The translations under genes were made by a program, and so were the position numbers. From NCBI GenBank assembly GCA_963718525.1, contig OY970355.1:2080001-2144000 (forward strand): a stretch of DNA of 64,000 nt, written 5' to 3'. A model generated the notes under the pieces. The model was not told the origin of the DNA, made no database searches, and saw nothing but the letters and a program-made list of their open reading frames with translations. This document shows positions 40,426 through 50,807 of this stretch, piece after piece (positions within the stretch are counted from its first letter, which is position 1; the number at the start of each line of letters is the position of its first letter). The DNA comes from Candidatus Dormiibacterota bacterium (GTDB lineage: Bacteria; Chloroflexota; Dormibacteria; Aeolococcales; Aeolococcaceae).

Positions 40426-40591
40426 CATATAATATAGGCGTTCAGGGGCGTTTCGTCAGGTCCGGCGCCCGCCGCAGCGGTGGTGCCGGGGTCTTGGGCC
40501 GCGTCCCGAGTGGTTTGAGCCGCTCTGTCTATGGGCGCTTCGCCTATATCCTATATTTCTGCTTGACAGCGGGCTGCCTATTTCCTATTCT
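40426..40591. promoter_or_regulatory. Divergent promoter region with three motif-A operators and a near-consensus sigma70 promoter
   Basis: CATATAATATA (40426-40436), TATATCCTATA (40545-40555), TATTTCCTATT (40579-40589); TTGACA (40563-40568) -17- TATTCT (40586-40591). Confidence 0.78.
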
Positions 40592-40721
40592 CCACAACCC
40601 TAGGTACCCCTGCGGTCGTTCCCTGGACCGTGCGTGGGGTGGGTTGTGACTTGGAGCACATGTTCAGGGCCACGGTTGGATCTGGCCGCCGCAGCGCACT
40701 GGGCGGACGAGGGTGACGAAA

Positions 40722-41981
40722 ATGGCGATTGCAAGGGTGAGGCCGACACTGGCAACGAGCGCAATCACATTGGGCGTGCTGGCGCTGGCCGCATGCGGTG
40801 GTTCGGGCGGCTCGTCTCCGAGCAACACCAGCCCAGTCCTTCTGGGCCTGATCGGCCCACTCACGGGCGCACGCGCCGACGTCGGTCAGGGAATGGTCAC
40901 CGGCGCGAAGCTTGCGCTCGACATCATCAACAAGGACGGCGGCGTGCTCGGTCGAAAGGTGAACCTGGACGTGCAGGACGACGCCGCAGACCCCGGCGAC
41001 GCCGTGCCGGCGGCGCAGAAGGAGATCCAGTCTGACGGTGTCGTCGGGATCGTAGGTCCCACCTCGCTCACTGACTCCGTGGTGCTGCCGCTTGCGGTGA
41101 AGGCGAACATCCCCAACCTGATGTGGGGTGGCGGCGCGGCGTTCGACGCGATCCCCAACCCGCAGTTCTTCCGGATGTCACCGTCCGACACTGAGCAGGC
41201 TGACGCCATGACGGTCTATGCGCACGAGAAGGGCTGGAACAAGGTGGCCCTCGCCATCGGGAACCAGTCCGCCGACCAGTCGCTGGTGCCGGGCATCGTC
41301 GCATCGGCCGCCAAGCTGGGCATGACCATCACCAACCAGGTGACCATCGCGGTCGGGTCGACGTCCTTCCGCAGCGAGATCCAGCAGCTGTTCTCCCAGC
41401 AGCCTCAGGCGATCCTCGCGCAGTTCGACATCCCGTCCGCCGGTGTGCTCTTCGGTGAGCTCAAGCAGGAGGGTCTCACCAGCACCCCCTGGGTGGCGAG
41501 CAACCTCTGGTTCGCCAGCGAGTTCACCTCGTCGCTCGGCGGTGCCCTCGCCTCAGGACCGATCTACATCGCGAACTCCGGCACTGAGAATCAGGGATAC
41601 CCCGGCTTCCTCAGCGCCCTCACGCAGTACACCGGCGCGACCCAGCCGAGCAATGGCGAGACCTACATGTACGACGCCGTCAACGTCTGGGCGCTCGGGG
41701 CGCAGATCGCGGGGACCACCAGCTCACCAGGGATCGAGCAGGGCATCCTGAAGGCCGCCAACGGTCCGGGCACGCAATGCTTCGATTACACGACGTGTCT
41801 CAATCTCCTCAAGTCCGGCAAGTCCATCAACTATGAAGGGGCGGCCAGCAGCGTCGACTTTGACGCACACCACAATGTGTACGGACCGTTCGACATCCTG
41901 CATTACAACGCTGACGGCACCTCGAGCTCGGTCCAGGAGTTGACCCCCCAGGCGATCCAGCAAGCGCTCGCGGCGGGATGA
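40722..41981 (+). CDS. ABC substrate-binding lipoprotein, LivK/HAAT family
   Basis: LALAAC lipobox; G..GPLTG, IN..GGVLGR, FFR..PSD, YDAV. Confidence 0.9.
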   Translation: MAIARVRPTLATSAITLGVLALAACGGSGGSSPSNTSPVLLGLIGPLTGARADVGQGMVTGAKLALDIINKDGGVLGRKVNLDVQDDAADPGDAVPAAQKEIQSDGVVGIVGPTSLTDSVVLPLAVKANIPNLMWGGGAAFDAIPNPQFFRMSPSDTEQADAMTVYAHEKGWNKVALAIGNQSADQSLVPGIVASAAKLGMTITNQVTIAVGSTSFRSEIQQLFSQQPQAILAQFDIPSAGVLFGELKQEGLTSTPWVASNLWFASEFTSSLGGALASGPIYIANSGTENQGYPGFLSALTQYTGATQPSNGETYMYDAVNVWALGAQIAGTTSSPGIEQGILKAANGPGTQCFDYTTCLNLLKSGKSINYEGAASSVDFDAHHNVYGPFDILHYNADGTSSSVQELTPQAIQQALAAG

Positions 41982-42047
41982 GAGGCTTCATGCCTCTCAT
42001 CCCCGATGTGATCAGGCTCATCGACACTGCTGCGGGAGGGCATACAG

Positions 42048-42923
42048 ATCAGCCAGTTCATTGAGGCCGTCGGATTCGGCCTGGTGACGGCGTCAGTCCT
42101 TGCACTGGCGGCCGTCGCCGTCTCGCTCCAGGTCAGCGTGACCAACTTCATCAATTTCGCCTACGGCGACTTCATGACGTTCGGAGCGTACATCGCATGG
42201 ACGGTGGCTCAGCACGGCGTGAACTTCTTTGCGGCCGTGCTGATCGGCGGGATCGCGACGGGCATCCTCGGTGTGCTCGCCAACTTTGTGATCTTCCGGC
42301 CGTTCATGCGCCGCCGTGTCCGTCCGGTCACCCTCCTCATCGCCGGAGTCGGCCTTTCCTTCATCATCCAGAACGGGATGACCATCATCTGGGGCACGGA
42401 GCCGGTCCGCTTCAATGTCACGCTCGGCAACGCACTCCACTTCGGTCCGCTCGTGTTCACACCCGGTGACCTCGTCACCATCGGCGCGGCAGTCGCCCTG
42501 TTGGTCCTCCTGCACGCCATGCTCACCTACACAAAGTTCGGCAAGTCGCTCCGTGCGACCTCGAACAACGTCGACCTTGCCAAGGCGTGCGGGATCGACA
42601 GTGACCGGGTCATCAGCATCACCTGGTTCATCGCGGGCATTCTGACCGCGGTCGCGGGAGTTGGGCTTGTCCTGCAGGAGAGCACGCTCGATCCGACCAC
42701 GGGCTTCAGCGAGCTCTTCGTTATCTTTGGCGCGGTGATCCTCGGTGGAATCGGCCGTCCGTATGGCGCCATGCTCGGCGCCCTCGTCGTGGGCATCCTC
42801 ACCGAGGTGTCCGGAAGCTACGTCAACTCGGCTTACAAGACGTCGATCGCCTTCGGGTTTGTGATCGTGTTGCTCCTCTTCCGGCCACAGGGTCTGTTCG
42901 CGGCAGCGGGGAAGACGAGCTGA
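42048..42923 (+). CDS. Branched-chain amino acid-type ABC permease (LivH family); apparent ATC start
   Basis: FINFAYGD, TKFGKSLRA, ILGGIG; conserved-looking N-terminus (SQFIEAVGFGL) begins at ATC 42048 after GGGAGGG; first canonical start is GTG 42084. Confidence 0.88.
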   Translation: MSQFIEAVGFGLVTASVLALAAVAVSLQVSVTNFINFAYGDFMTFGAYIAWTVAQHGVNFFAAVLIGGIATGILGVLANFVIFRPFMRRRVRPVTLLIAGVGLSFIIQNGMTIIWGTEPVRFNVTLGNALHFGPLVFTPGDLVTIGAAVALLVLLHAMLTYTKFGKSLRATSNNVDLAKACGIDSDRVISITWFIAGILTAVAGVGLVLQESTLDPTTGFSELFVIFGAVILGGIGRPYGAMLGALVVGILTEVSGSYVNSAYKTSIAFGFVIVLLLFRPQGLFAAAGKTS

Positions 42924-43909
42924 TGCTGTTCTTCCTCACCGATCTGCTCGCCCTCGGCTGCATCGTCAGCATCATGGTAGTGGGCCTCAACCTGCAGTAC
43001 GGCTACACCGGCCTCCTCAACTTCGCGTTCTACATGTACGTCGCCATCGGCGCGTACATCGCCGGTGTGACCACCATGGGTCCACCGACCCTCCCGGGTA
43101 TCACGTACATCTTCGGCTGGACGCTGCCCTGGTACGTCGGCCTGCTCCTCGGTGGCGTTGTCGCCGCCGCCGCCGGTGCCGTCGTGTTCGCCTTCACGGT
43201 CCGGCGTCTCCGCAGCGACTACCTCGCGATCGTGACCGTGTCGGCCGCATTCATCGTGTACAACGTCATCAACAGCTTCATACCGCTGTTTGACGGCGCG
43301 ACTGGCCTGTTCAACGTGCCGCCGATCACCGGCAACCTCAACGTCAGCACCGAGCAGTACTCACTCATCGTGCTGCTCGTCGCGGCCATCCTTCTGGCCC
43401 TGTTTGTCTTCATCTCGATGCGCATCTTCCGATCGCCGTTCGGCCGGCTGCTGCGTGCGATCCGCGAGGATGAGACGGTGACCTCCGCGTTCGGGCATGC
43501 GTCCTGGCGTCCTCAGCTGTGGGTGTTCGTCATCGGCTGCTTCATGGCCGGTATCGCCGGCGGACTCTTCATCTTCTACATCACCGCCTGGAGCCCGAGC
43601 GCGTTCCTTCCGCTGGAATCGTTCTTCCTGCTCGCTGCGCTGATCATCGGTGGCTCCGGCAATTACTGGGGTGCCGTCTTTGGTGCATTCGTTGTCATCG
43701 AAGGACTGGCCGAGCTGTCACGGTATGCACCCACGTTTGGCAGCCAGGCCGATGCCGGTGCGATCAGAGCGATCATCATCGGGCTCGCATTGATTCTCGT
43801 GCTCCGCTACCGGCCCGAGGGCCTGTTCCCGGAGCGGTGGTTGAAGTGGTACCGAACGACAGCCTCGGCCGCACGGAGGCGCGTGCTTCCGGGGCGACAG
43901 TCGCCGTGA
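42923..43909 (+). CDS. Branched-chain amino acid-type ABC permease (LivM family)
   Basis: GLNLQYGYTGLLNF, RLRSDYLAIVT, SPFGR.LRAIRED, IIGG.GN..G, RPEGL. Confidence 0.92.
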   Translation: MLFFLTDLLALGCIVSIMVVGLNLQYGYTGLLNFAFYMYVAIGAYIAGVTTMGPPTLPGITYIFGWTLPWYVGLLLGGVVAAAAGAVVFAFTVRRLRSDYLAIVTVSAAFIVYNVINSFIPLFDGATGLFNVPPITGNLNVSTEQYSLIVLLVAAILLALFVFISMRIFRSPFGRLLRAIREDETVTSAFGHASWRPQLWVFVIGCFMAGIAGGLFIFYITAWSPSAFLPLESFFLLAALIIGGSGNYWGAVFGAFVVIEGLAELSRYAPTFGSQADAGAIRAIIIGLALILVLRYRPEGLFPERWLKWYRTTASAARRRVLPGRQSP

Positions 43910-44727
43910 CCGAGGCTCTCGCGACAGCAGGCGATGTCATCCTCGACATCCGTGACGTGCAATTCGCCTATGGCGGGGTCAAGGCGGTTGACGGCGCAAG
44001 CTTCAGCGTCGACCGTGGCACGGTGACCGGGCTCATCGGCCCCAACGGCGCGGGGAAGTCCACCCTCATCGAAATCTTGAGCGGCACCCTATCGCCGGAC
44101 CGCGGCGCCATTCTGTTTCAAGGCGTCAACACCAGGGGATGGGGCCCTCCGCGCGTCGCGCAGATGGGGATTGCCCGCACCTTTCAGACAGCACGAGTGC
44201 TGCCACGTCTGACGGTCCTCGAGAACGTCTTGATGGCTGCGCAGGGTCAGGAGGGGGAGAACCCACTCAAAGCCATGTTCTGGCGTCGATCCTGGTCGCA
44301 GCAGGAAGACGCCAATCGCGAGGAGGCGAAGAACCTGCTCAACTGGCTCGGATTGAGCGACCACCTGGAGAAGCCGGCGGGCACGTTGAGCGGTGGGCAG
44401 CGCCGGCTCATGGAGATTTCGCGTGCGTTGCTGGCACACCCGAAGCTGCTGCTGCTCGATGAGCCGACGGCGGGGGTCTTCCCGGAGACCAGCCGCCTCA
44501 TCGCCACGCGTATCCGGGAGATCGTTGCGCAGGGCGTGACCATCCTGCTCATCGCGCACAACATGGAATTCCTCTCGACCGTCGCTGACGACGTTGTCGT
44601 CATGGCGGAGGGGAAAGTGCTCACCCGCGGACCGCTGGACTCGGTCCGTCAACATGAAGACGTCATCGCGGCGTATCTGGGCGTGGGCGGGCGATCATTG
44701 ACAACACATCCGATTACAGGTGCCTGA
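43906..44727 (+). CDS. ABC ATP-binding protein (LivG family)
   Basis: GPNGAGKST, GIARTFQ, LSGGQRR, LLLDEP.AG, VIAAYLG. Confidence 0.93.
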   Translation: MTEALATAGDVILDIRDVQFAYGGVKAVDGASFSVDRGTVTGLIGPNGAGKSTLIEILSGTLSPDRGAILFQGVNTRGWGPPRVAQMGIARTFQTARVLPRLTVLENVLMAAQGQEGENPLKAMFWRRSWSQQEDANREEAKNLLNWLGLSDHLEKPAGTLSGGQRRLMEISRALLAHPKLLLLDEPTAGVFPETSRLIATRIREIVAQGVTILLIAHNMEFLSTVADDVVVMAEGKVLTRGPLDSVRQHEDVIAAYLGVGGRSLTTHPITGA

Positions 44728-45430
44728 AATGCCGGACCTGACTGCGGTCGGCGTCACCGCTGGATACGATGGGCCGCCGGTTCTCGACAAGGTTGGCGTG
44801 CACTGTGAGGCGGGCACCACCACCGTCATCCTCGGACCGAACGGCGCTGGAAAGTCGACGCTCGCGAAGGCCATCGTCGGGTTGCTCACCATCCGCGAGG
44901 GCACGGTCACCCTTCTCGGGGAGGACATCACCGGTATGGGGCCGCACAAGCTGGTGCGTCGCGGTCTCGCGTATCTGCCCCAGCTCATGAATATCTTCGA
45001 TCAGATGACCGTCATCGAGAATCTGGAGATGGGCGGCTATACCATCCAGGGCAGCCTGACTCAGCGCATCGACACCGTGATGGAGCTCTTTCCAGACCTC
45101 GCCAAAGACCGCCACAAGAAGAGCGCCACGCTGTCGGGCGGTCAGCAGCGAATGCTCGCGCTCGCGCGTCTGCTCATGACCGATCCGAAGGTTGCGATCC
45201 TCGATGAGCCGACCGCAGGTCTTTCGCCTCTGTACGCGGAGCGCGTGTGGGAGCAGATCGACCGGATCAGAGGACTCGGCGTCGGCCTGCTCGTTGTCGA
45301 GCAGAACGCGAGCATCGCAATGGATCACGCGGACTCGGTGTTCCTGCTCGCGCAGGGGCGCAATGTGACGTCAGGGACCGTCGAAGAGGTGCGCGGTCGC
45401 GACGAAGTCGCACGGATCCTGGTCGGGTAG
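44720..45430 (+). CDS. ABC ATP-binding protein (LivF family)
   Basis: GPNGAGKST, T..ENLEMG, LSGGQQRMLA, LDEPTAGL, VEQN. Confidence 0.93.
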   Translation: MPEMPDLTAVGVTAGYDGPPVLDKVGVHCEAGTTTVILGPNGAGKSTLAKAIVGLLTIREGTVTLLGEDITGMGPHKLVRRGLAYLPQLMNIFDQMTVIENLEMGGYTIQGSLTQRIDTVMELFPDLAKDRHKKSATLSGGQQRMLALARLLMTDPKVAILDEPTAGLSPLYAERVWEQIDRIRGLGVGLLVVEQNASIAMDHADSVFLLAQGRNVTSGTVEEVRGRDEVARILVG

Positions 45431-45472
45431 CTCAGGCACGTCGATGACTCCCGTCTTCCGGAGCGGAGGTCG

Positions 45473-46897
45473 GTGCGCCCGTGCCACGGTCGTGAGCGGC
45501 GGTTGGTGCTGACCCCTTCCGGCGCATCTGTACCGGAGCGGGACCCGGATGTCATCGTCAGCGGGGCGGGCATGGGCGGACTGGTCGCCGGCATCGCAGC
45601 CCAGGAGGACGGCGCACGCGTGCTCATCGTGGAAAAGGCCGCGGCGCCAGGCGGATCTCTCGCGATCTCCGGCGGCTATGTGTGGACATTCCAGTCGCAC
45701 GCGGACTACCGGCAGTTAGTTCCTCACGGTGACTCTGCGCTGGGTCGCGTGCTCGTGGATGATTTCGCAACCGGGATTGAGTGGCTCACCGGCCATCACG
45801 TGCGCCTCGGTGACCCGCACAACGGATTGGGCCCGGATCGAGCCGGGTCGGGGTTTCGCATCGAACCCGACCCCGTCCTCGGTGCCGTCGAGCCACTGGT
45901 CGATGCATTCGTGAAAGGGGGCGGCACCCTCGCGTGCAACTCGAGGGTCGTCGGGCTGGTGCAGAACGACGATGGGGCGGTCGTGGGCGCTCGGGTGCGA
46001 AGTGGCGAAGGGACGCGCGTGGTGCGGTCGCGCAGTGTGGTGCTGGCCACGGGCGGATTCCAGGGAGATGCCGAGCTGATGGCCCGCCACGTGAGTCAGT
46101 GGGCCGACCGGGCCCTCCTGCGCGCGAGCCCATCGAGCACCGGCGACGGGTTTCGCCTCGCACTGGACGCAGGAGCGTCGACGAGTCGGGGACTGAACGC
46201 GGTCTATGCACACGTGATGCCGAAGCTCGACAGGTCACTCGATCCCGGCGGCTTTCGTGCGCTCACGCAGTTCTACGTTGAAGAGTGCATGCTCCTCAAT
46301 CTCGACGGCGCGCGTTTCGTCGATGAGAGCCGCGGTGACGCGCTCTGCGGGCTCGAGCTGCTCCGGCAGCGCGAGGCTGCGGGGTTCATCGTGCTCGACG
46401 AGCAGCGCCACCAGAGCGCGGTGATGGAACCGTTCGTGCCCGACATGATGCGTTCAGATCCGCTCACCGCGGTGCGCGCCGCCGGCGGGACAGTGATTGT
46501 CGCGGACACGCTCGATGACCTCTGTCATCGGCTCGCTGAGTTCGGTGTCCCACCTCTGGTCGCGCTCGCCACCATCCGTGGGTTCGACGCGGCAGCCGAG
46601 CTCGGCGTCCCCGACAGCCTGCCCGTGCCTCGAGCTCGCGGCCTGCACACGTGCAGGCAGGCGCCATTCTTCGCCGTCCCCGTGATTCCCGGCGTCACCT
46701 TCACGGAAGGGGGCATCAGGGTCAATACGGAATCGCAGGCTCTGGACCGGGACGATCGCCCGGTGCCGGGTCTGTTTGTCGCAGGCGTCGACGTCGGAGC
46801 GATCTCGAACGCGGGCTATGCCGGGGCACTGTCAGCCGCGCTGATCACCGGGCTGCGAGCCGGTGTGCACGCAGCACGATCGGGAGTGTCGCGATGA
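45473..46897 (+). CDS. FAD-binding oxidoreductase (FAD_binding_2: fumarate reductase/TcuA/KstD-like); start uncertain
   Basis: DVIVSGAGMGG, VEK...GG...SGG, VVLATGGF, STGDG, GVTFTEGG, GLFVAG. Confidence 0.85.
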   Translation: MRPCHGRERRLVLTPSGASVPERDPDVIVSGAGMGGLVAGIAAQEDGARVLIVEKAAAPGGSLAISGGYVWTFQSHADYRQLVPHGDSALGRVLVDDFATGIEWLTGHHVRLGDPHNGLGPDRAGSGFRIEPDPVLGAVEPLVDAFVKGGGTLACNSRVVGLVQNDDGAVVGARVRSGEGTRVVRSRSVVLATGGFQGDAELMARHVSQWADRALLRASPSSTGDGFRLALDAGASTSRGLNAVYAHVMPKLDRSLDPGGFRALTQFYVEECMLLNLDGARFVDESRGDALCGLELLRQREAAGFIVLDEQRHQSAVMEPFVPDMMRSDPLTAVRAAGGTVIVADTLDDLCHRLAEFGVPPLVALATIRGFDAAAELGVPDSLPVPRARGLHTCRQAPFFAVPVIPGVTFTEGGIRVNTESQALDRDDRPVPGLFVAGVDVGAISNAGYAGALSAALITGLRAGVHAARSGVSR

Positions 46898-48186
46898 GCG
46901 TGCCCCCACAGACTGGAACCTCACCGGTCGAAGCAGACGAGGAGCCTCCGGTCGAAGGCCCTTCGCCACGGGCTCAGCAGTATCGATGGCGGATTCTCGG
47001 CTCGGCGCTGCTGATCCAGGTGACCATCTCGATCGTGACCCAGGGATTCCCTGCGCTGGCGCCGTTTGCAAAAGGTGACCTCGGGCTCACCCGGCCGGAG
47101 ATCGGCATCTTCGCGACCATCCTGAACCTCGGCACCATGCTCGCCCTGCTGCCGGCGGGGTGGGCGGTCGATGTTCTCGGAGAGCGGCGTGTGCTCGTCG
47201 CAGGTGGTATCGCCGCGGGGTTGGTCACGGCGGTGACCGCATTCGCACCGAGCTTTGCCGTGTTCCTTCCTCTGCTGATCATCATCGGGCTGGCCGGAGC
47301 CACCCCGACGCCCGCCGGGAGCACCGCGATCATCTCCGCGTTTCACCTCCGCGACCGCGCGTTTGTGATGAGCATTCGCCAGGCGGGTGTTCCGCTCGGC
47401 GGTGCGCTGGCAGCGTTGATCCTTCCACCGATCGCGATCGCCGCCGGGTGGCGGCGGGCGTTGCTGGTTGCGGCAGGCCTCGCAATTCTTGGCGCGCTGG
47501 TCGGCTACGCCCTGGTGCGCCGTGCCCCCAGAAAGCCACGAGGGAGAATCCGTCGCGACCACGGCTCGTTCAAGGCAGTGGCAACGCACGACGCCACGTT
47601 CATCGGCCTCGCCGCAATCTTTCTCACCCTCGGCCAGTTCGTGCTCGTCAGTTACATCGCGTTGTATCTCTTCGAAACGTGGCACATGTCGCTGGCCGAA
47701 GCGTCGTGGTTTCTCGTTGCGGCCAATGCGGGCGGCGTCGCGGGCCGGTTGTTCTGGGGAACCATCAGCGATCGCCTGTTCAAGGGACGGCGTCGCGGAC
47801 CGCTCATCCTCGTGAGCCTCCTCGGAGCCGCCGGCTTCGTCATCCTCGCGTGGATTCCGGTATCGACCCCGGTGGTTCTGCTGCTCTTGATCGTGTTCTC
47901 CCTCGGCGCAACCATCATCGGGTGGAATGGCGTGTACATCACGCTCCTCTCCGAGATCGCACCGCCTGACAAACGGGGCCGCTCGGTTGCATACGGGATG
48001 GCCATCGCCCAGGTGGGAATCTTCGGCGGCCCATTTGCCTTTGGGGTGCTGGTCGATCTCACCAGCTCGTACCGGATCGCCTGGACGGCCGTCGCACTCG
48101 CGCTGCTGCTGGCGGCACTGCTGCTGCGTCAGATCGCCGAGGTCGCGACCCAGGGAGTCACCGTGGAAGCGGTGCCGGCGATCTGA
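46894..48186 (+). CDS. MFS transporter
   Basis: Multiple TM helices; G.AVD.LGERR and G.ISDRL motif-A-like repeats; ATGA coupling to upstream gene. Confidence 0.9.
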   Translation: MSVPPQTGTSPVEADEEPPVEGPSPRAQQYRWRILGSALLIQVTISIVTQGFPALAPFAKGDLGLTRPEIGIFATILNLGTMLALLPAGWAVDVLGERRVLVAGGIAAGLVTAVTAFAPSFAVFLPLLIIIGLAGATPTPAGSTAIISAFHLRDRAFVMSIRQAGVPLGGALAALILPPIAIAAGWRRALLVAAGLAILGALVGYALVRRAPRKPRGRIRRDHGSFKAVATHDATFIGLAAIFLTLGQFVLVSYIALYLFETWHMSLAEASWFLVAANAGGVAGRLFWGTISDRLFKGRRRGPLILVSLLGAAGFVILAWIPVSTPVVLLLLIVFSLGATIIGWNGVYITLLSEIAPPDKRGRSVAYGMAIAQVGIFGGPFAFGVLVDLTSSYRIAWTAVALALLLAALLLRQIAEVATQGVTVEAVPAI

Positions 48187-48234
48187 CATGGGCCGTTCTC
48201 AGCAATCAGCACAACTGCGTTCGCACTGAGGAGC

Positions 48235-49456
48235 ATGCACGTGACCTCCGAACCCTCTGTTCCGTCCGCTCAGCGCGCGGACACGCCCGCGGTGACCATC
48301 CGGCGTGTCGAGATCATGCCGCTCAAGGTGCAGCTGAAATTCCGGCGCACGCTGTCAAAGGGAGTGGTCGCCGGCGACGACGCCCGTCCGTGGGTCGGCG
48401 ATCCCGTGCTGATCAAGGTCGAGAGCACCGACGGTGTCGCCGGCTTCGGTCAGGTGCGTCCCCCCACGCCGTGGCTCGGCGAGACCACGGACAGCATCGT
48501 CGCAGCGCTCCGTCATTACTACGGCCCGGCGTTGATCGGCGCCAATGCTCTCGAACGCGAGTTGATCGCTCCGGCGCTCAACCGCCTGCTCCCGTCAAAC
48601 TCGGTTGCGCTCGCCGGGATCGACATGGCGCTGCACGACCTCGTCGGCAAGACGTTCGGGCTGCCCGTGTACGCGTTGCTGGGTGGCACGCGGCGTTCGA
48701 TACCACTCGACTGGTCGATCTCGCTGAATCCCCCGGACAGCATGGTTGCCGAGGCGGTGCGCGCTGTCTCCGAGTTCCGAGTGCGCACCATCTGCCTCAA
48801 GATGGGACCGAGCGCTCGATGGGAGGAGGACATCGCGACATTCAAGCGGGTTCGATCGGAGGTCGGGCAAGGTGTCGAGATCGGCATCGATCCCAATGAG
48901 GGCTACGACCTGAGCACCACGCTGCGTGTGGTGCGGAGTTCTCGAGGACGAGCGCGTCGCATACGTCGAGCAGCCGATGCATCGCGATGACCACGAGGGC
49001 CTGCAACTCCTGCGTGCCCAGGGCGTTGCACCGCTGCTCATCGACGAGAGCGCCATTCATGCCTCCGATGTTCAGCGTCTCATCGCCCACGGATGCTGCG
49101 ATGGGCTGGTGCTCAAGCTCTGGAAGAGTGGAGGCTTCTCCGGAGTGAGACAGATGGCCACGCTCGCCGAGGCGGCCGGATTGCAGACAACGCTCGGTGG
49201 CGTCGCGCACGGAAGCGTCATCGAAGCCGCCGCCTGCGCGCACGTGTATTCGTCACTCGTCGCCCAGCCGATGGCCGCGGAGTTCGTTCTGGGTCTCAAC
49301 GTCGTTGATGTCGACCCAATCTCGAGCGCATCTGCCGATTTCAGCGTCAAGGACGGCAACGTGTCCGCACCATCGGCACCCGGTCTGGGTGTCGACGTCG
49401 ACCTTGAAGCCGCCAAACATCATGCGCTGGCCAGCTTCACGATCGACAACAGCTGA
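48235..49456 (+). CDS. Mandelate racemase/muconate lactonizing enzyme family (MLE subgroup), +1 frameshift at ~48935-48941
   Basis: AGIDMALHDL.GK..GLPVY.LLGG, IDPNEG; next frame VEQP, IDES, LKLWKSGG, PGLG. Confidence 0.87.
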
Positions 49457-49479
49457 ACGACGAGGTGGAGAGATCCGGA

Positions 49480-50274
49480 GTGTCGATCCAGTGGGATGCT
49501 GGGCTCTACGGCGCCAACAGCGCCCACCACCGCAGCTTCGATGCCGGGTTCCTGGACACTCTCGAGATCCGGCCGCACAGCTCGATCCTCGACGTCGGGT
49601 GCGGGACCGGTGACCTCGCTGCGAGGCTTGCCGAGCTGGCACTGCACGGGCAGGTCGTCGGCATCGACGCGTCCAGCTCGATGGTCAACGAGGCGCGCCG
49701 CTGTCATCCGCGGCTGCGCTTCGTCGAGTGTGCCGCACAGGACATCACGCCGGACATCGGAACGTTTGACCTGGCTGTCTCCACCGCCGTCCTCCATTGG
49801 ATTCCCGAAACCGATCATCCGGAGGTGCTTCGGCGCGTTCACGGGGTCCTCCGCCCCGGCGGAGTCTTCCGAGCCGAGTTCGGTGGCCAGGGCCAGATCG
49901 CCCGGGCCCGCCAGATCCTTGACGAAACTGCGCGCGACATGGCGCTCGACGTCACCCCGCCGTGGTACTTTCCGGCGCCCGAAGCCTACAAGCAGCGGCT
50001 CGTCGCAGCAGGGTTCTCGGAGGCTCGCAGCTGGACAGCGCTGCGCCATCAGCGTCGTTCGGTCCCCGATGAGGATGCCCTGCGTGGATGGCTGCGCAGC
50101 CAGGTCTTGATCGCGTATGAAGCATCGATGACCGAGCGCGACGCTGCCGAATTCCGGCAGCGCGTGGAGTCGCGAGCCCGTGTCGAACTCCGCCGCGATG
50201 ATGGGACGTATGACCAGGACTACGTGCGCCTCGATCTGCTGGCCGTGGTCGACGCTCCCGATTCCGGCGATTAG
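49480..50274 (+). CDS. Class I SAM-dependent methyltransferase (trans-aconitate methyltransferase-like)
   Basis: WDAGLY, ILDVGCGTG, GIDAS..M, FD...S.AVLHWI, LRPGG, DYVRL. Confidence 0.82.
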   Translation: MSIQWDAGLYGANSAHHRSFDAGFLDTLEIRPHSSILDVGCGTGDLAARLAELALHGQVVGIDASSSMVNEARRCHPRLRFVECAAQDITPDIGTFDLAVSTAVLHWIPETDHPEVLRRVHGVLRPGGVFRAEFGGQGQIARARQILDETARDMALDVTPPWYFPAPEAYKQRLVAAGFSEARSWTALRHQRRSVPDEDALRGWLRSQVLIAYEASMTERDAAEFRQRVESRARVELRRDDGTYDQDYVRLDLLAVVDAPDSGD

Positions 50275-50292
50275 CCTGAGCTGATCAGCGGC

Positions 50293-50805
50293 CTACGCCG
50301 GGTGCGGGGGAGGGGAGACCTCGCCGTCGACCCCGGTGAAGTGCCGGCCCTCGACGTCAAAGGACCAGTCGGCGACACGCACCCGGCGGCTGAACAACCA
50401 TCGACCCGCAACAATCGTGTAGGTGTCGCTGTAGCGCAGCCCGCGGACGCGGATGCTGGAGCCTCCTGCAAGCTGATCCGACAAAAGATATGCGACGGCG
50501 TACACCTGGGCGTGGCCGAAGCCGTCACCCACGACCACCTCGACGTTGCTGCCGAGGTGTGTCGTCGCGTTCCAGCGGGACATCGCGCTCTTCAGGTACG
50601 CCACGATCAGCTCGCGCCCTGGGCCGTACTCGCGGTCGTACCACCCGGTCGCGTCCGGCGCGAAGCACGATTCGAGCAACTCGTAATCACGCTGGTCGAG
50701 CGCGATGAAGTACCGAGTGATCAGCGCACGAATCTGCGCCTCGTTGTCTCGCCGGTTCGAGATACCACCGTCATCCTGCGCGACAGGCCGCTCGTCGTCC
50801 GGCAA
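50293..50805 (-). CDS. NTF2/SnoaL-like protein; start uncertain
   Basis: IRALITRY..ALDQRD...F.PDA, T.H...N, RYSD.Y....GRW. Confidence 0.8.
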   Translation of the reverse strand: MPDDERPVAQDDGGISNRRDNEAQIRALITRYFIALDQRDYELLESCFAPDATGWYDREYGPGRELIVAYLKSAMSRWNATTHLGSNVEVVVGDGFGHAQVYAVAYLLSDQLAGGSSIRVRGLRYSDTYTIVAGRWLFSRRVRVADWSFDVEGRHFTGVDGEVSPPPHPA

Positions 50806-50807
50806 TG

